A stretch of DNA of 64,000 nucleotides from Escherichia coli (GCF_965641715.1 NZ_OZ282453.1); one strand, 5' to 3'. Shown: positions 10,302 through 20,377, numbered from the stretch's first letter. Notes: a model not told the origin generated them from the letters alone. A program made the numbers and translations.

Positions 10302-12533
10302 TTAGTTCTCAACCATCAATCGGGAAAGTTTGGCAAAAATCGAACTCTTACTACTTTCGCCACTCCTGAGCATATCCAGGGTGAAGCTATTGAGGTAAGC
10401 ACCAGTTAACGGGTGGTTAAATACATCTACGGCCTTACCTTGGGCGTCCCATATCAGCAGATTTTCTACCAGGTTAGGCCGTGCAATAGTAGGATTTGTA
10501 GGCTGAGCATCGCTTACCAGAACAAACACTCCATTCACATGCGGTTGCAGGTAAATATGGTGATGCTTCATCTTTTGAGTTTTGGTCAACGAGTCGTATT
10601 TCGAGCGGCCCGGTGATATCAGATAGGGCAGTACGTTTTGCTCCAATTTTGCTGAGCGGGTGATGGTATAGCCGTTAAATTTATCACCTTTACGCTCCGC
10701 CAGCGCTTTTTCTTGTTCCTGATAAGCATATGAATCGACGATATTAAATTGCGCTGGGCCAATCAGGCGCGGCACGCGGGAGCTGTTATAGGTGGTAAGC
10801 AGCACATCTGCTGTGTGGTCGTAGAGATAGAAGCTTTTATCGAATAATTTCTTTAGTCGTCCCAGAGCTGGATGATCAACAGATAGATACTCGAATTCAC
10901 CTTCAGCGATCCCGGTATCAACCACCCTAAGTTGGCCGCGCTCTATTTTTAGTTCAACATATCCAAGCAGGGAGAGATAGCTTTTTGTTTTGCGTACTGA
11001 ATAGGCGGTATAGTGCCCATCCGCCAATTCTGGCAGTGGTATGTTATGTTGATTGAGTAAGCTCTCTTTGAACCATAGTTCAGTTTTTGTTCGGCGTACC
11101 TTACTTTTCAATAAGGTAACTGCTGACTTGAGACGACTGTGTGGTTTCGTCAGTTCGATTTCGTATTGTGCAGGGTTGCTTACCAATTGTTCATTAATAA
11201 AATCAATCGCATCCAGCAACTTACGATCAATATTCATTCCTTGTAAAACCACAGGCACCGGTTGCTGATTTAGCCACCCTTGCAAACGATCTAGCTTAAG
11301 CTGGGTATAGGTATCCCAGTTGAGTTCAGGCTGTTTTCGGGCGTCGTCAAAGGCTGCATAGAAATCATTGTACTCAACAGATTCATTCTCTTGCTGCCGG
11401 ATGCTGTTGCTTCGTTCTTCCTCTACCGCATTGAGTACCAGAATAGATGTATTGGCAGGCAGCTCAGCAAATCCGGTTTGTCGGGAATGCTTAAGCGATG
11501 CAAGAGGCCAGAGTTGATACCCAGGGAACTGGTTGGCTAATGCATCAAAGAAATAAGCTTCTTGCGTGACGCTGAATTCGACGCCGTTATTAACCACCAA
11601 CAGCGTATTAGCCAGCTGTTGATCGAGGTCGGTAGCAAACTGATTGACCTCGTGTGTAGCCTGAAATGGGATAGGTTGATGGGGGATCTCTAGTTCACTG
11701 AGGCGCTCGCTGGCAGCATTCATGACCACGTTATAGGTATAGACCTGGCATTCGCCATAGCCGCTGCGCTCACGAAAAAAATCCAGTTTGCTATCACGGG
11801 CATCAAGTTTGCGCCGAGCTTTAAGCCGACGATTATCGATGTTAAACCACACGCTGGTATCATCCAGGGATAGGTGCATCTCATCCGCCGGTTCGACCAG
11901 GAATTTTCGTTTGTGCAAGGTAAAAGCGAGTTCATTATATTCTGAGGCATAAATGTCGAGCTCAAAGGCTTCCATCACCCCGATGCCTTTTTTTTGTGTG
12001 ACGGGCTGACTCAGACGAGCGTTAAGGTAAAGCGTTGAGTTGAAGTAAGTCGGCGATACCGAAAAGCGCTCACTGGCTTTTTCCAGCATTACCATTTTCA
12101 AATGCAGGCTAAATAATCCCTGAATCAGGCGAGATAGGTCATGATTTTCAGCGGTGAGTTGCTGACAAAGCGTTTCAATACGTTCTGCCAACGTCCTATG
12201 AGCCTGACTGTTCGGGTTAGTTGCAGGCGCCAGGAAAAAAAAGACGTGATGGTAATTTGGTAAGCAATGCAGTTCATATTTTACCTCCTGCCCGGCCTCC
12301 AGCCCAAGCTTCTGCCGCACGCAAGATTTTACCTCCTGATGAATTCGCGCATAGTAATCAGCGGATTTTTCTTTTCGCTCTTTAGTAAAGCGCTGAACCA
12401 TAAAGTCTATCGTATAGATATTAGATACAGGGGCCAATAGACGCTGGATGGTCGTCAGCTGATCTTCTTCAAGCTTGATCAAATTGGTTCGGGCAATCGG
12501 AGCATCCGTCAGTTCATTCAAATTAGGGATCAT
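10302..12533 (-). CDS. Uncharacterised 743-aa protein, downstream partner of the helicase-like gene
   Basis: Long ORF whose ATG overlaps the stop of the upstream gene (ATGA at 12530-12533); no nucleotide-binding or methyltransferase motif recognised by eye. Confidence 0.7.
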   Translation of the reverse strand: MIPNLNELTDAPIARTNLIKLEEDQLTTIQRLLAPVSNIYTIDFMVQRFTKERKEKSADYYARIHQEVKSCVRQKLGLEAGQEVKYELHCLPNYHHVFFFLAPATNPNSQAHRTLAERIETLCQQLTAENHDLSRLIQGLFSLHLKMVMLEKASERFSVSPTYFNSTLYLNARLSQPVTQKKGIGVMEAFELDIYASEYNELAFTLHKRKFLVEPADEMHLSLDDTSVWFNIDNRRLKARRKLDARDSKLDFFRERSGYGECQVYTYNVVMNAASERLSELEIPHQPIPFQATHEVNQFATDLDQQLANTLLVVNNGVEFSVTQEAYFFDALANQFPGYQLWPLASLKHSRQTGFAELPANTSILVLNAVEEERSNSIRQQENESVEYNDFYAAFDDARKQPELNWDTYTQLKLDRLQGWLNQQPVPVVLQGMNIDRKLLDAIDFINEQLVSNPAQYEIELTKPHSRLKSAVTLLKSKVRRTKTELWFKESLLNQHNIPLPELADGHYTAYSVRKTKSYLSLLGYVELKIERGQLRVVDTGIAEGEFEYLSVDHPALGRLKKLFDKSFYLYDHTADVLLTTYNSSRVPRLIGPAQFNIVDSYAYQEQEKALAERKGDKFNGYTITRSAKLEQNVLPYLISPGRSKYDSLTKTQKMKHHHIYLQPHVNGVFVLVSDAQPTNPTIARPNLVENLLIWDAQGKAVDVFNHPLTGAYLNSFTLDMLRSGESSKSSIFAKLSRLMVEN

Positions 12534-15500
12534 GAGACTTTTCCTTTAGTCGGCAACTTTTCTACACCCAGCAGGGTTAGTAACATTGGGTTAATGTTCA
12601 ATGTCATGCTCAGTTTCGAATTTTCCAGAGCTCGTCCGCTCTCTCGATTTTTGGGCTGATAGTACTGATAGTCGGTTTGCAACAGGTTAAGGTAGTGGAT
12701 CGTGTGATCCACGTTATCTTGCCACATCAGATTATTGGGGTTCTGGCTGTAGGCGACGTTCAGATAGACAAATCGAATGCGTTCGTAACGGCCTGACAGC
12801 ACAGCCTGAAGCTGTTTCTGTCCCTCTGTATCCGCCTTTTGGCTGGTGATATTACGGATCTGGCGAATCTTGTTGTTGCTTTTCTCAAGCGTTTCTTCTG
12901 CCCGCGTTAAATCATCCAACTGCGTCGCCCAGCGTTTAACGTCGATGCAGAGCAGGTCGTTACCCACTTCAATAAAGCGGTCAAAAAACTCATATACTAG
13001 CGGTTCAAGGCGTTCAAACACCTGTTGATCAGAAAGTGGGGTAACGCCATAGCTTTTTAGCACTTTATCGAAGAGATATTCACCGACATTGCCTTTGAGC
13101 AACGGAACTAGCCTGGGGTTGGGTACCCATTTTTTGAATGCCGTTTCCTGGATGTTGTCACATTCACGAATCAACTCGCCGACCAGGTTGCCGGGGGTAA
13201 AATCGACATCGTTTCTATACTGCGGAAAGAGGGTGAGCTCAGGCCGGTACTCTCTTGCGCCGCCAGCGAAATCCGACAGGGCGGAATAATCTCTGTGGAC
13301 AAGTCCATCCGGGCCGCGTTTGTGGCAAAGTAAAATAGTTTGATTGCCCTGATGGCGGTCGATAAACAGGGCGTGGTGGATTGATTGCATTTGCCGATTG
13401 GCGGCATACAAGGAATTAGCCTGAAGTTTTTCCAGCCAACGCATGGGATTGGTAAAGGAGTCAGAATCGCGGAATAAATTACACAATTCGAGATATTCAA
13501 GGTTGCCGGCGCGTACCTGATTTATCCAGTCGGTTTTCAGGACTCGCTTATGAACAGCATCGATGCGGCGACCATTTTCTACGATAGCCTGTTCAAACGC
13601 ATACCGCTGTTCTGCATCTCTAAATGACTGGTTCTGACTCAGCTTTTCGCACTCCTCCATTAGGCGGTGGTTAAGCAAGGACATGCTTTCTGATACTACC
13701 TCGTTACCGCTATCTTCACTGAGAGCGGCGAACTGGAATGCAACATTACGGAACACATCGCGGGGTAAAAAGATTTCTGTTTTCAATAGAGTGTCGCGAC
13801 GCTCGACTCGCCCTACGGCCTGCACGACGACTTTGAATAAGCTCATATCATGTTCGGCCATTAACAGGCGATAGTTTTCGCCGTGGGCGAAATTAACGTT
13901 GAAATCGGCCAGCTTGTGGACGGTAATATCGTCATCAGCGTAGTGTTTAAGCACGGTAACGTAGTTAGGTAATGTATTAAGATTGCCGCTGTTGTCCTTT
14001 ACTTCGCTGTAAAACGAGGAGTTGATGAGCACTAAGCGCTCAAAATCGACATCCAGACGTGGTGCATTGATATCATTAATATCGCCGTCATGGTATTTCA
14101 CAAAGTAGTTGAGGCCAGTGCCTGCACTTTTGTAGCTGCTCATAAATACCAGTACGGTATTGCTGTTCTTGAGATAGGTTTCTTGCCTAATATCTTCGAC
14201 ATTAGCCAGTGGTGAATCGAAAAAGACCAAATGGACTGTGTGACGCCCTTTGAATGGGGTAAAGGTCAGGATCTGGTCATGTTTCTTATCGTTATCCGTT
14301 TTATCATCGCACCGGGAGTGCATACCGTACTGCTGACGCCAGGCTGATTGATGAGTGCGCCAGGCGCTGATAAAGGCCCGCTTAAATGTCCCTGAAAGGG
14401 ACAAAATCAGGCTGTTTTTACCCTCGTAGGCGGCAAGCAATAACGCTTCAAGCTCCCGCTGGTACTGACGCCGTTTATAGGTATTTTTCAGGTCGTACTC
14501 CAGCGGTTTCTTCAGCGCGTCGAAAAAGTTGTCATACGTCCTGCGATAGATCTCACAATTTTGGTAGATATCGGTCAATTTTAACTGCTTATCATCGAAC
14601 ACCCTGAAGTCGACGTTGCGGATACTGGCTCTCAACGCGCGTAGTGCTCTAAGCGTATCGATATCTGTTTTTTTACGTTCAATGACTCGATAGCCAAGGT
14701 CACGGCTATAGCGCTCCAGGAAGTGACGATTGAAGTTACCGTTTTTGGTGTGGCTAAAACCACTGGTGGCGCTAAATCCAATCACTTTATTGTGCGTGCC
14801 CGTTAATAAACGTAGCAGCATGGCTTCAGGCAACTCTTGTACCAGATCCATCTCAAACGCCAGAATAATTGTACGCTCGGCTCCACTGTTCACGTAATTG
14901 AGTTCAACTATCGGCGTCATCGTGAATACGGTTTTGGGTTGCAGATAAGTGTAGAAATGATCAATCAACAAGTTTTTATCGGTGGTGCGATCGAAGATAT
15001 GTCGCACCACTCCAGCTACATTATTGGCTGCGTCAACAAATTGGCCCAAAGGTGTATTCTGGCTGCTGGAGTTATCCTGGCCACCATTTTTTACCCAGCG
15101 CTTAAAGTGTCGGTTGGTGATATCAGAACAGGCGGCGAGGATGACGGAGACCAATTGGAACAGATCGTGCAGTGTGGGATTGGTGTCGCTGGCATCATTT
15201 TCGACTTCGTAATATAGCTCGGTGCGCGTTATGTCGCCTTCGCTGTTGCGCATACGAATGCGTTTCAGCCCCTCTTCATTAACGTACATTTTGGGGTTAA
15301 AACTGAACACATTCCGGGTAATGGAAATGATGCGTTCGGCGGCGTCGCCGTTAACTTCGAATGCTCCTAACTGGTCGCGAAACATCTCCAGGATCGAGCC
15401 CAGCGTCGTACCGGGTGATAATTCGCACTTTTTCGCCAGTAGGTCTCGAAGGATGGTGATGAATTTGACCATCTCTTGCTCAAAGGTCGTTTGCGCTTCT

Positions 15501-17239
15501 TTGGGCTTTTTCCGGCGCTCCAGGCTGAGTACCGCATTGTGAATACGTCCCGCGACAGAGATAACATGCGCCAGATTATTTTCCTGTGTGATTAGCTTTA
15601 CATGGCATGTTTCTTCAAGACGGGTGTAGGCTTCATGTAGTTCATCAATGATTACCGTAAAGCGAATATTTTTCTGGCGAAAAGGGCAGTCTGGATTACG
15701 TCTGAAGTGTTCATCACGAAGATAAGCAACCTGCCCGGAATGGCCAGCTGCCGCAACGGTGCTGATCTGTGGATCTTTGGGAGCCAGCTTGCCACCAATC
15801 AGCAAGTCGAAACCTACGGACTCAAAATGCACGCCTTCACCTCGCTGACGAGGCGCCAGTCGGTAAGTTGATGTGTCGAACTTATTTGTAGTCATTAATA
15901 GCACCGACGGGCGGTACTGGCAAACTTCGAAAGGCAATACCTGTTTGATAAGCTCGAAGTAGACTTCGTGTACGCTTAGTTCAGACTTGCTTGGTTTTCG
16001 TGCTGTCTCCGCGTGTTGCATTCGCTCTTGGCGCGCCTGGAGCCCGCGACGAATGTACTCTTTAATGGAAGCTTTTTCACTATCTGGTCCAAATAGTAAT
16101 TTACAGGCTGACTCAATCGTATTGCGGATACTATGACGACAGTTTTTTAGCTGCTCTTCAAGAATTTCTCTTTCGTAGTTGTTATCCTGAGAACCGTATG
16201 TTGTCAGCTTTTTTAACTGCTCTTCACAGCGATCAATTTGTGAGACATGGTAATTGAGCGAACGCATTGCGCTGCCAATATATTTGCTACCTTTCGCCCC
16301 TTCGTACCACTGAATATAGCGGTCGCGATTTTTCAGGCCCGTGGCCCAGTCCATAAAGTCGAGATCGGCAATATCCTTACGAGAGAGAACGCAAATGAAT
16401 TCGCCGCCAGAAGCCAGAATTTTATCTTTCTGGCTGCTATCCAGGTCGATTTGTGATTTTTGCGGCGACATGAACAGCAGGTTGGTAAAGCCACCTTCGG
16501 GAAACAGATCATCTGACTTTTGTTTTTTGGCGAAACACTCCAGATATTCGACATACCCTTGAATTACGCCATAACTTTTGCCAAACCCCGTGCCATCGGA
16601 ACTGAAGATGACCTCCGCGCCATCACGTTCATGCACGTGGTAAAGTTGAGAAACTTGGGCGCGGCAAGCGTTAATATCTTCAACCAGCGTTATGTCAGGA
16701 ATTTGCCTGGAGATGAGATCTTGCAGATTATTATTGATAGTTATCTCTCCCACACGCTCACACTCACGGTAACTATTGATGGTTATTTGGCTGCTTTCGA
16801 GCAGAATCTTTTCCACTTGCATGGGAGCAAGATGCAAGGCTGTTGCAATTTCATTGATAGTATCTGATAGAGGTTCGTGTGGATTGCTAATCGTGAAGTG
16901 GTTTAGTACTGCTGCAACGGTATCTGGATGCAATGCTTTTCTGAGAGTGGGGAAGGTGAGGCTGTAATCGTATAGCGCCAAATCATTGTTTATCAGACAG
17001 CGAAACAGCTGTTTAGTGGGATCGCCTCCAGGACGGCTGGCAAATCCCAGGATTTTTGCCTGTTCGAGTCGATACAACAATGCTGCAGCATCGCGATCAG
17101 GTGAGTCAAATGCATCGTGAAGCTGCTGGCTAAATGGCATTGTGGCATTCAGCCGGTTATGGCTGACCAACGCGGAAAAGTGCTGACGTACCAAGGTAAG
17201 CAGCTTACAATCTTCCTTTATAGTCCAGTTTTTTCTCAT
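12530..17239 (-). CDS. Large SF2-helicase-like NTPase (about 1570 aa from the ATG at 17239; the ORF track begins at a GTG at 17275)
   Basis: Walker A DGTGFGKSYG, DExH-like Walker B VIIDELHEAY, motif III-like GFSATSGF, motif V-like SSYKSAGTGLNYF, motif VI-like QAVGRVERR, then about 400 aa of C-terminal sequence without recognisable motifs; GGGGAAG ribosome-binding site before the ATG at 17239. Confidence 0.7.
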   Translation of the reverse strand: MRKNWTIKEDCKLLTLVRQHFSALVSHNRLNATMPFSQQLHDAFDSPDRDAAALLYRLEQAKILGFASRPGGDPTKQLFRCLINNDLALYDYSLTFPTLRKALHPDTVAAVLNHFTISNPHEPLSDTINEIATALHLAPMQVEKILLESSQITINSYRECERVGEITINNNLQDLISRQIPDITLVEDINACRAQVSQLYHVHERDGAEVIFSSDGTGFGKSYGVIQGYVEYLECFAKKQKSDDLFPEGGFTNLLFMSPQKSQIDLDSSQKDKILASGGEFICVLSRKDIADLDFMDWATGLKNRDRYIQWYEGAKGSKYIGSAMRSLNYHVSQIDRCEEQLKKLTTYGSQDNNYEREILEEQLKNCRHSIRNTIESACKLLFGPDSEKASIKEYIRRGLQARQERMQHAETARKPSKSELSVHEVYFELIKQVLPFEVCQYRPSVLLMTTNKFDTSTYRLAPRQRGEGVHFESVGFDLLIGGKLAPKDPQISTVAAAGHSGQVAYLRDEHFRRNPDCPFRQKNIRFTVIIDELHEAYTRLEETCHVKLITQENNLAHVISVAGRIHNAVLSLERRKKPKEAQTTFEQEMVKFITILRDLLAKKCELSPGTTLGSILEMFRDQLGAFEVNGDAAERIISITRNVFSFNPKMYVNEEGLKRIRMRNSEGDITRTELYYEVENDASDTNPTLHDLFQLVSVILAACSDITNRHFKRWVKNGGQDNSSSQNTPLGQFVDAANNVAGVVRHIFDRTTDKNLLIDHFYTYLQPKTVFTMTPIVELNYVNSGAERTIILAFEMDLVQELPEAMLLRLLTGTHNKVIGFSATSGFSHTKNGNFNRHFLERYSRDLGYRVIERKKTDIDTLRALRALRASIRNVDFRVFDDKQLKLTDIYQNCEIYRRTYDNFFDALKKPLEYDLKNTYKRRQYQRELEALLLAAYEGKNSLILSLSGTFKRAFISAWRTHQSAWRQQYGMHSRCDDKTDNDKKHDQILTFTPFKGRHTVHLVFFDSPLANVEDIRQETYLKNSNTVLVFMSSYKSAGTGLNYFVKYHDGDINDINAPRLDVDFERLVLINSSFYSEVKDNSGNLNTLPNYVTVLKHYADDDITVHKLADFNVNFAHGENYRLLMAEHDMSLFKVVVQAVGRVERRDTLLKTEIFLPRDVFRNVAFQFAALSEDSGNEVVSESMSLLNHRLMEECEKLSQNQSFRDAEQRYAFEQAIVENGRRIDAVHKRVLKTDWINQVRAGNLEYLELCNLFRDSDSFTNPMRWLEKLQANSLYAANRQMQSIHHALFIDRHQGNQTILLCHKRGPDGLVHRDYSALSDFAGGAREYRPELTLFPQYRNDVDFTPGNLVGELIRECDNIQETAFKKWVPNPRLVPLLKGNVGEYLFDKVLKSYGVTPLSDQQVFERLEPLVYEFFDRFIEVGNDLLCIDVKRWATQLDDLTRAEETLEKSNNKIRQIRNITSQKADTEGQKQLQAVLSGRYERIRFVYLNVAYSQNPNNLMWQDNVDHTIHYLNLLQTDYQYYQPKNRESGRALENSKLSMTLNINPMLLTLLGVEKLPTKGKVS

Positions 17240-18364
17240 TCTTCTTCCCCTTAATATAAATGCACCTGCAACCACTCAGCCAAACGCTCAACGTCAAAAC
17301 CCGTAATCCATACTCCCACGCCAAAAACGTCTTCGATAAATATTCATCATATTTTCGAGGCACTTTTCAGAGATGCTCTTGGCAAGACGGGACTCAGGGG
17401 GTAAACCTTCCTGTAGTAAATTGCTTAGCGTCTGCTTAACTTTCCCGAGCGTATTTTTTCAACTACGGCAGCAAATGAGACGGTCTTAAAACCGTGCAGG
17501 ATAGGCCATATCTACAACGTGTTTACTACTTGAGCACACATTGTGATATGGCAGTCACCTTTCCGACAAATGGTGAACCGTCCCTGACGAACAACAACAT
17601 TAACGCATATCTCTTCATCGCCTGATCAAAGTAGCTGCCAACTATTATTCGCCTCAACAATGAGTTTTTTTACTAACGATTTCTACTACCTTCCCAAAGC
17701 GACCACAACAATCAAAAATATTGTTTACACATCAGTCTCATATCACCGGAGTAAGTTGACTATTGATAAACCATTTCAAGATATTAATAGCTGATCATAC
17801 TTCCCCAAAGTGCTTATTTATAGCGAAGGCAAATAGCATAAACTGAAGGGCGAATTGTTAAATCATACCGTGAATGAGCTGAAGAACAAGCATAAAAATT
17901 ATATCATTTACATGACTTATGTGTTTTAGTTAAATGATAAATAGGCAGTATAAAATCCAATTCAACAGCCGAGTTCAAGCGATTAATTTTTTGATGAGCT
18001 TATCAAGCACGAGCAGCGATACCAGCAAATCCACTTGGTTGCTTGAAGAATATGACTCCTTCAACACATAGCAGATTATCTCCGCCGTTGGTAGAGAACC
18101 GTTCACCGTTGTTAGTCAACAGTTATAAATTTATATTAATGATTAGAAGAATCTATCTCGGGGTAGATCATCAACATTACTTATTCTAAACCACGTTACA
18201 CATGATCTCCGGGGCAGCGAAGTCATCAAAAAAGAGTATTATAAAACTCCGCCCTTAAGGAGAAAGGTTTCCTGGCGGTTGTAATGCCGTTGACGATACA
18301 GCGCACAACACGGATATAAACAACCATTTGATTGATTAATATCTGAAGGGCTGTTTATATTTAA

Positions 18365-18635
18365 TCAAGCTAACGATTCATTAATCTTTACATAGAGATG
18401 AGGTAATGTGGCCTCATTGCGATTCACATCCAGATAATCCGCCCCCCACTGCAGCATCTGCCGCTCTACCGCATCTCTCGGCCATAGCCCCGACTCAATC
18501 AACGACCTACACGCCATTGCCCTGAAACCATGCCCACAAAAAGCAGCTCTCAATTTCCATTCATGCTTTATACCTTTTCTAATAGGCTTTTGCTTCAGGC
18601 TTAGCCGAACGAACCTTCACATCACTCAAAGCCAT
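18365..18635 (-). pseudogene. Internally deleted P4-type integrase remnant
   Basis: N-terminal piece MALSDVKVRSAKPEAKAY-stop (18579-18635) and C-terminal piece ...GHGFRAMACRSLIESGLWPRDAVERQMLQWGADYLDVNR (18365-18553), both matching the intact integrase at 41841-43109. Confidence 0.7.
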
Positions 18636-18766
18636 GATGAATACCCTTTCAAGGGTTTTGTGTGGGTACAAACATTATCCAATCGGGATATACCCGCAGC
18701 TGTAGCTGTACCCGCATCAGTAAGTTGATGTAGATTCGAAAAATAGCGGAAACCCTGTGTGACACT

Positions 18767-18821
18767 GATTTCAGGCACAAAAAAAGACGTCTGTTGACGT
18801 CTATTGATGGTGCGAAGGCCG
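18767..18821. repeat. Degenerate copy of the leuX terminator and tRNA 3' end (attachment-site remnant)
   Basis: GATTTCAGGCACAAAAAAAGACGTCTGTTGACGTCTAT...TGGTGCGAAGGCCG compared with 43261-43325 GATTTCAGGCATAAAAAAAGACCTCAGTTGAGGTCTAT...TGGTGCCGAAGGCCGG; the hairpin keeps pairing through compensatory changes. Confidence 0.65.
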
Positions 18822-18937
18822 CACCGCGATTCCAGACTCAACAATATGAAATCAATGGATTTTTAAAAATGCGAAGTTACTTTGTATACTCACATGTATA
18901 CTCAGTACCATTTCTTAAGAAATCAATTCATTCAATA

Positions 18938-19744
18938 CTACTCATCATCGTCTTCCACTGGTTCCAGCACATCAAGCGCAACTCGCACCATAGCGATAGA
19001 ACCAATACGAATGAAAGCATCTTCTCCATCTTCGTCGGTTATCATAAAACGATCCGTGGTTTCAGGCTCGCAATCCAGCGCGTCAAAAAAAGCATTCAAC
19101 TGGCCGATATCATCCGTCTCTTCGTTTTGCGGCGCATCTGGCTCAACACTCAGTGGAATCACTGGTCCGCCGTTTACCAGCGTGATATGGACATTAAAAT
19201 AATCGTCTTCGTAGGCATCATCCTCTTCGTCAACGATTGGCCGCAGACCATCAGAAAGGAACTGATGAAATACCACTTCACGCATATTTAACGCATAACG
19301 ATACTCGGAAGAATCAAAAACGAAGAAGCGTTCTATGTTTGGGGCGTTTTTTTCCTGAAAATAATAATAAAACCTCCGCTTATCCGCTGCTGAAATGGGC
19401 AACAGCAAATAGTCCCTCTGCCCCTGTAGCCAAAGTTTTACGGTCCAGAGACCGCTATCCATTTCAATGCCGCTTGTGGCTATAGCCTCAAGATCTTCAT
19501 CAGTTTTACGACGCTTTTTGCGGAAGTCGTTTATCAACCGATCGCTTTCCGGGAACACTACGTTTAGAGGCTTATCCAGAGCATTACATATCGCCTGTGC
19601 GAGACCCAGCTTTGCAGCAACCTTCCCGGTTTCGATACGCTGAATTTGTTGCTGGCTGGTGCCGACCATAAACGCCAGCTCGCGCTGGGTGATAGATAGC
19701 TGGGTACGGAGCTGTTTGATGTTGTTCTGTAACATGGCATCCAT
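18938..19744 (-). CDS. XRE-family helix-turn-helix protein with a long acidic C-terminal region
   Basis: N-terminal HTH (LSITQRELAFMVGTSQQQIQRIETGK); C-terminus ends ...LDVLEPVEDDDE. Confidence 0.55.
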   Translation of the reverse strand: MDAMLQNNIKQLRTQLSITQRELAFMVGTSQQQIQRIETGKVAAKLGLAQAICNALDKPLNVVFPESDRLINDFRKKRRKTDEDLEAIATSGIEMDSGLWTVKLWLQGQRDYLLLPISAADKRRFYYYFQEKNAPNIERFFVFDSSEYRYALNMREVVFHQFLSDGLRPIVDEEDDAYEDDYFNVHITLVNGGPVIPLSVEPDAPQNEETDDIGQLNAFFDALDCEPETTDRFMITDEDGEDAFIRIGSIAMVRVALDVLEPVEDDDE

Positions 19745-19849
19745 CCTTCAGAAGGAATAGAAAGTGCCATTAAAACACAAAATTGAGTATAAACACATAA
19801 TCGTGTTTACACTCACTAATCAACACCCTTGAACGAAAAGAAAATCTCT

Positions 19850-20125
19850 TCATCGTTCTTCTCTGGTATGCCAGAGATCAACTATATAAATGTCATTGTC
19901 ACGAAGTTCGTAGTGAACCTCATAGTCATCAAATAACACTTTTCGGACTTCCCGAGGTTCATACCGAGTCTGCTGTACACCAATTGCCGGATGTGCTGTA
20001 AGACCAGCACAACCAGTAATCAGGCGATCCAAAACGTCATCGGCGTGCTGGCGGCTATACTGAAGGGCGAAACGATAGATACGCTCAAGGTCATCCTGAG
20101 CTTTAAGCGTCCAGTAAATTTCCAT
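19850..20125 (-). CDS. ParE/RelE-superfamily toxin (91 aa)
   Basis: Small protein directly downstream of a ribbon-helix-helix-type antitoxin gene with a 3-bp gap; ParE-like size and sequence character. Confidence 0.6.
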   Translation of the reverse strand: MEIYWTLKAQDDLERIYRFALQYSRQHADDVLDRLITGCAGLTAHPAIGVQQTRYEPREVRKVLFDDYEVHYELRDNDIYIVDLWHTREER

Positions 20126-20128
20126 TTA

Positions 20129-20377
20129 TCAGGATTTCTTTAAGCGATTAGCAAAATCCACCATGTCCGAGTGGCTCATCACACGACCGGCATCCACATC
20201 ATCAAGACCGGCCTGGATGCTCTGGTGACGCCGTTCTCTTTCGGCCAGCATACTGGTCAACGCTTCCTTAATAATCCAGCTCTTAGAACGGTCCAACTCA
20301 ATTGCCAGATTCTCAACAGCAGCGGCCAATTCAATAGGTATCTGTGCGCTGATGGTTTGTTTAGTAAGCGAACCCAT
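20129..20377 (-). CDS. ParD/CopG-type antitoxin (from the ATG at 20377; the ORF track starts at 20401)
   Basis: MGSLTKQTISAQIPIELAAAVENLAIELDRSKSWIIKEALTSML...; GAGG ribosome-binding site before 20377. Confidence 0.6.
   Translation of the reverse strand: MGSLTKQTISAQIPIELAAAVENLAIELDRSKSWIIKEALTSMLAERERRHQSIQAGLDDVDAGRVMSHSDMVDFANRLKKS

Noticed and set aside
10302-17275. Assignment of the helicase-like pair to Druantia, DISARM or DndFGH-type restriction
   Set aside because: Gene number and order do not match those systems and no methyltransferase motif is present; not excluded, only unsupported without profile searches
18794-19291. 165-aa plus-strand ORF overlapping the HTH gene
   Set aside because: Antisense to a better-supported gene (18938-19744) and spanning the attachment-site remnant; low-complexity product
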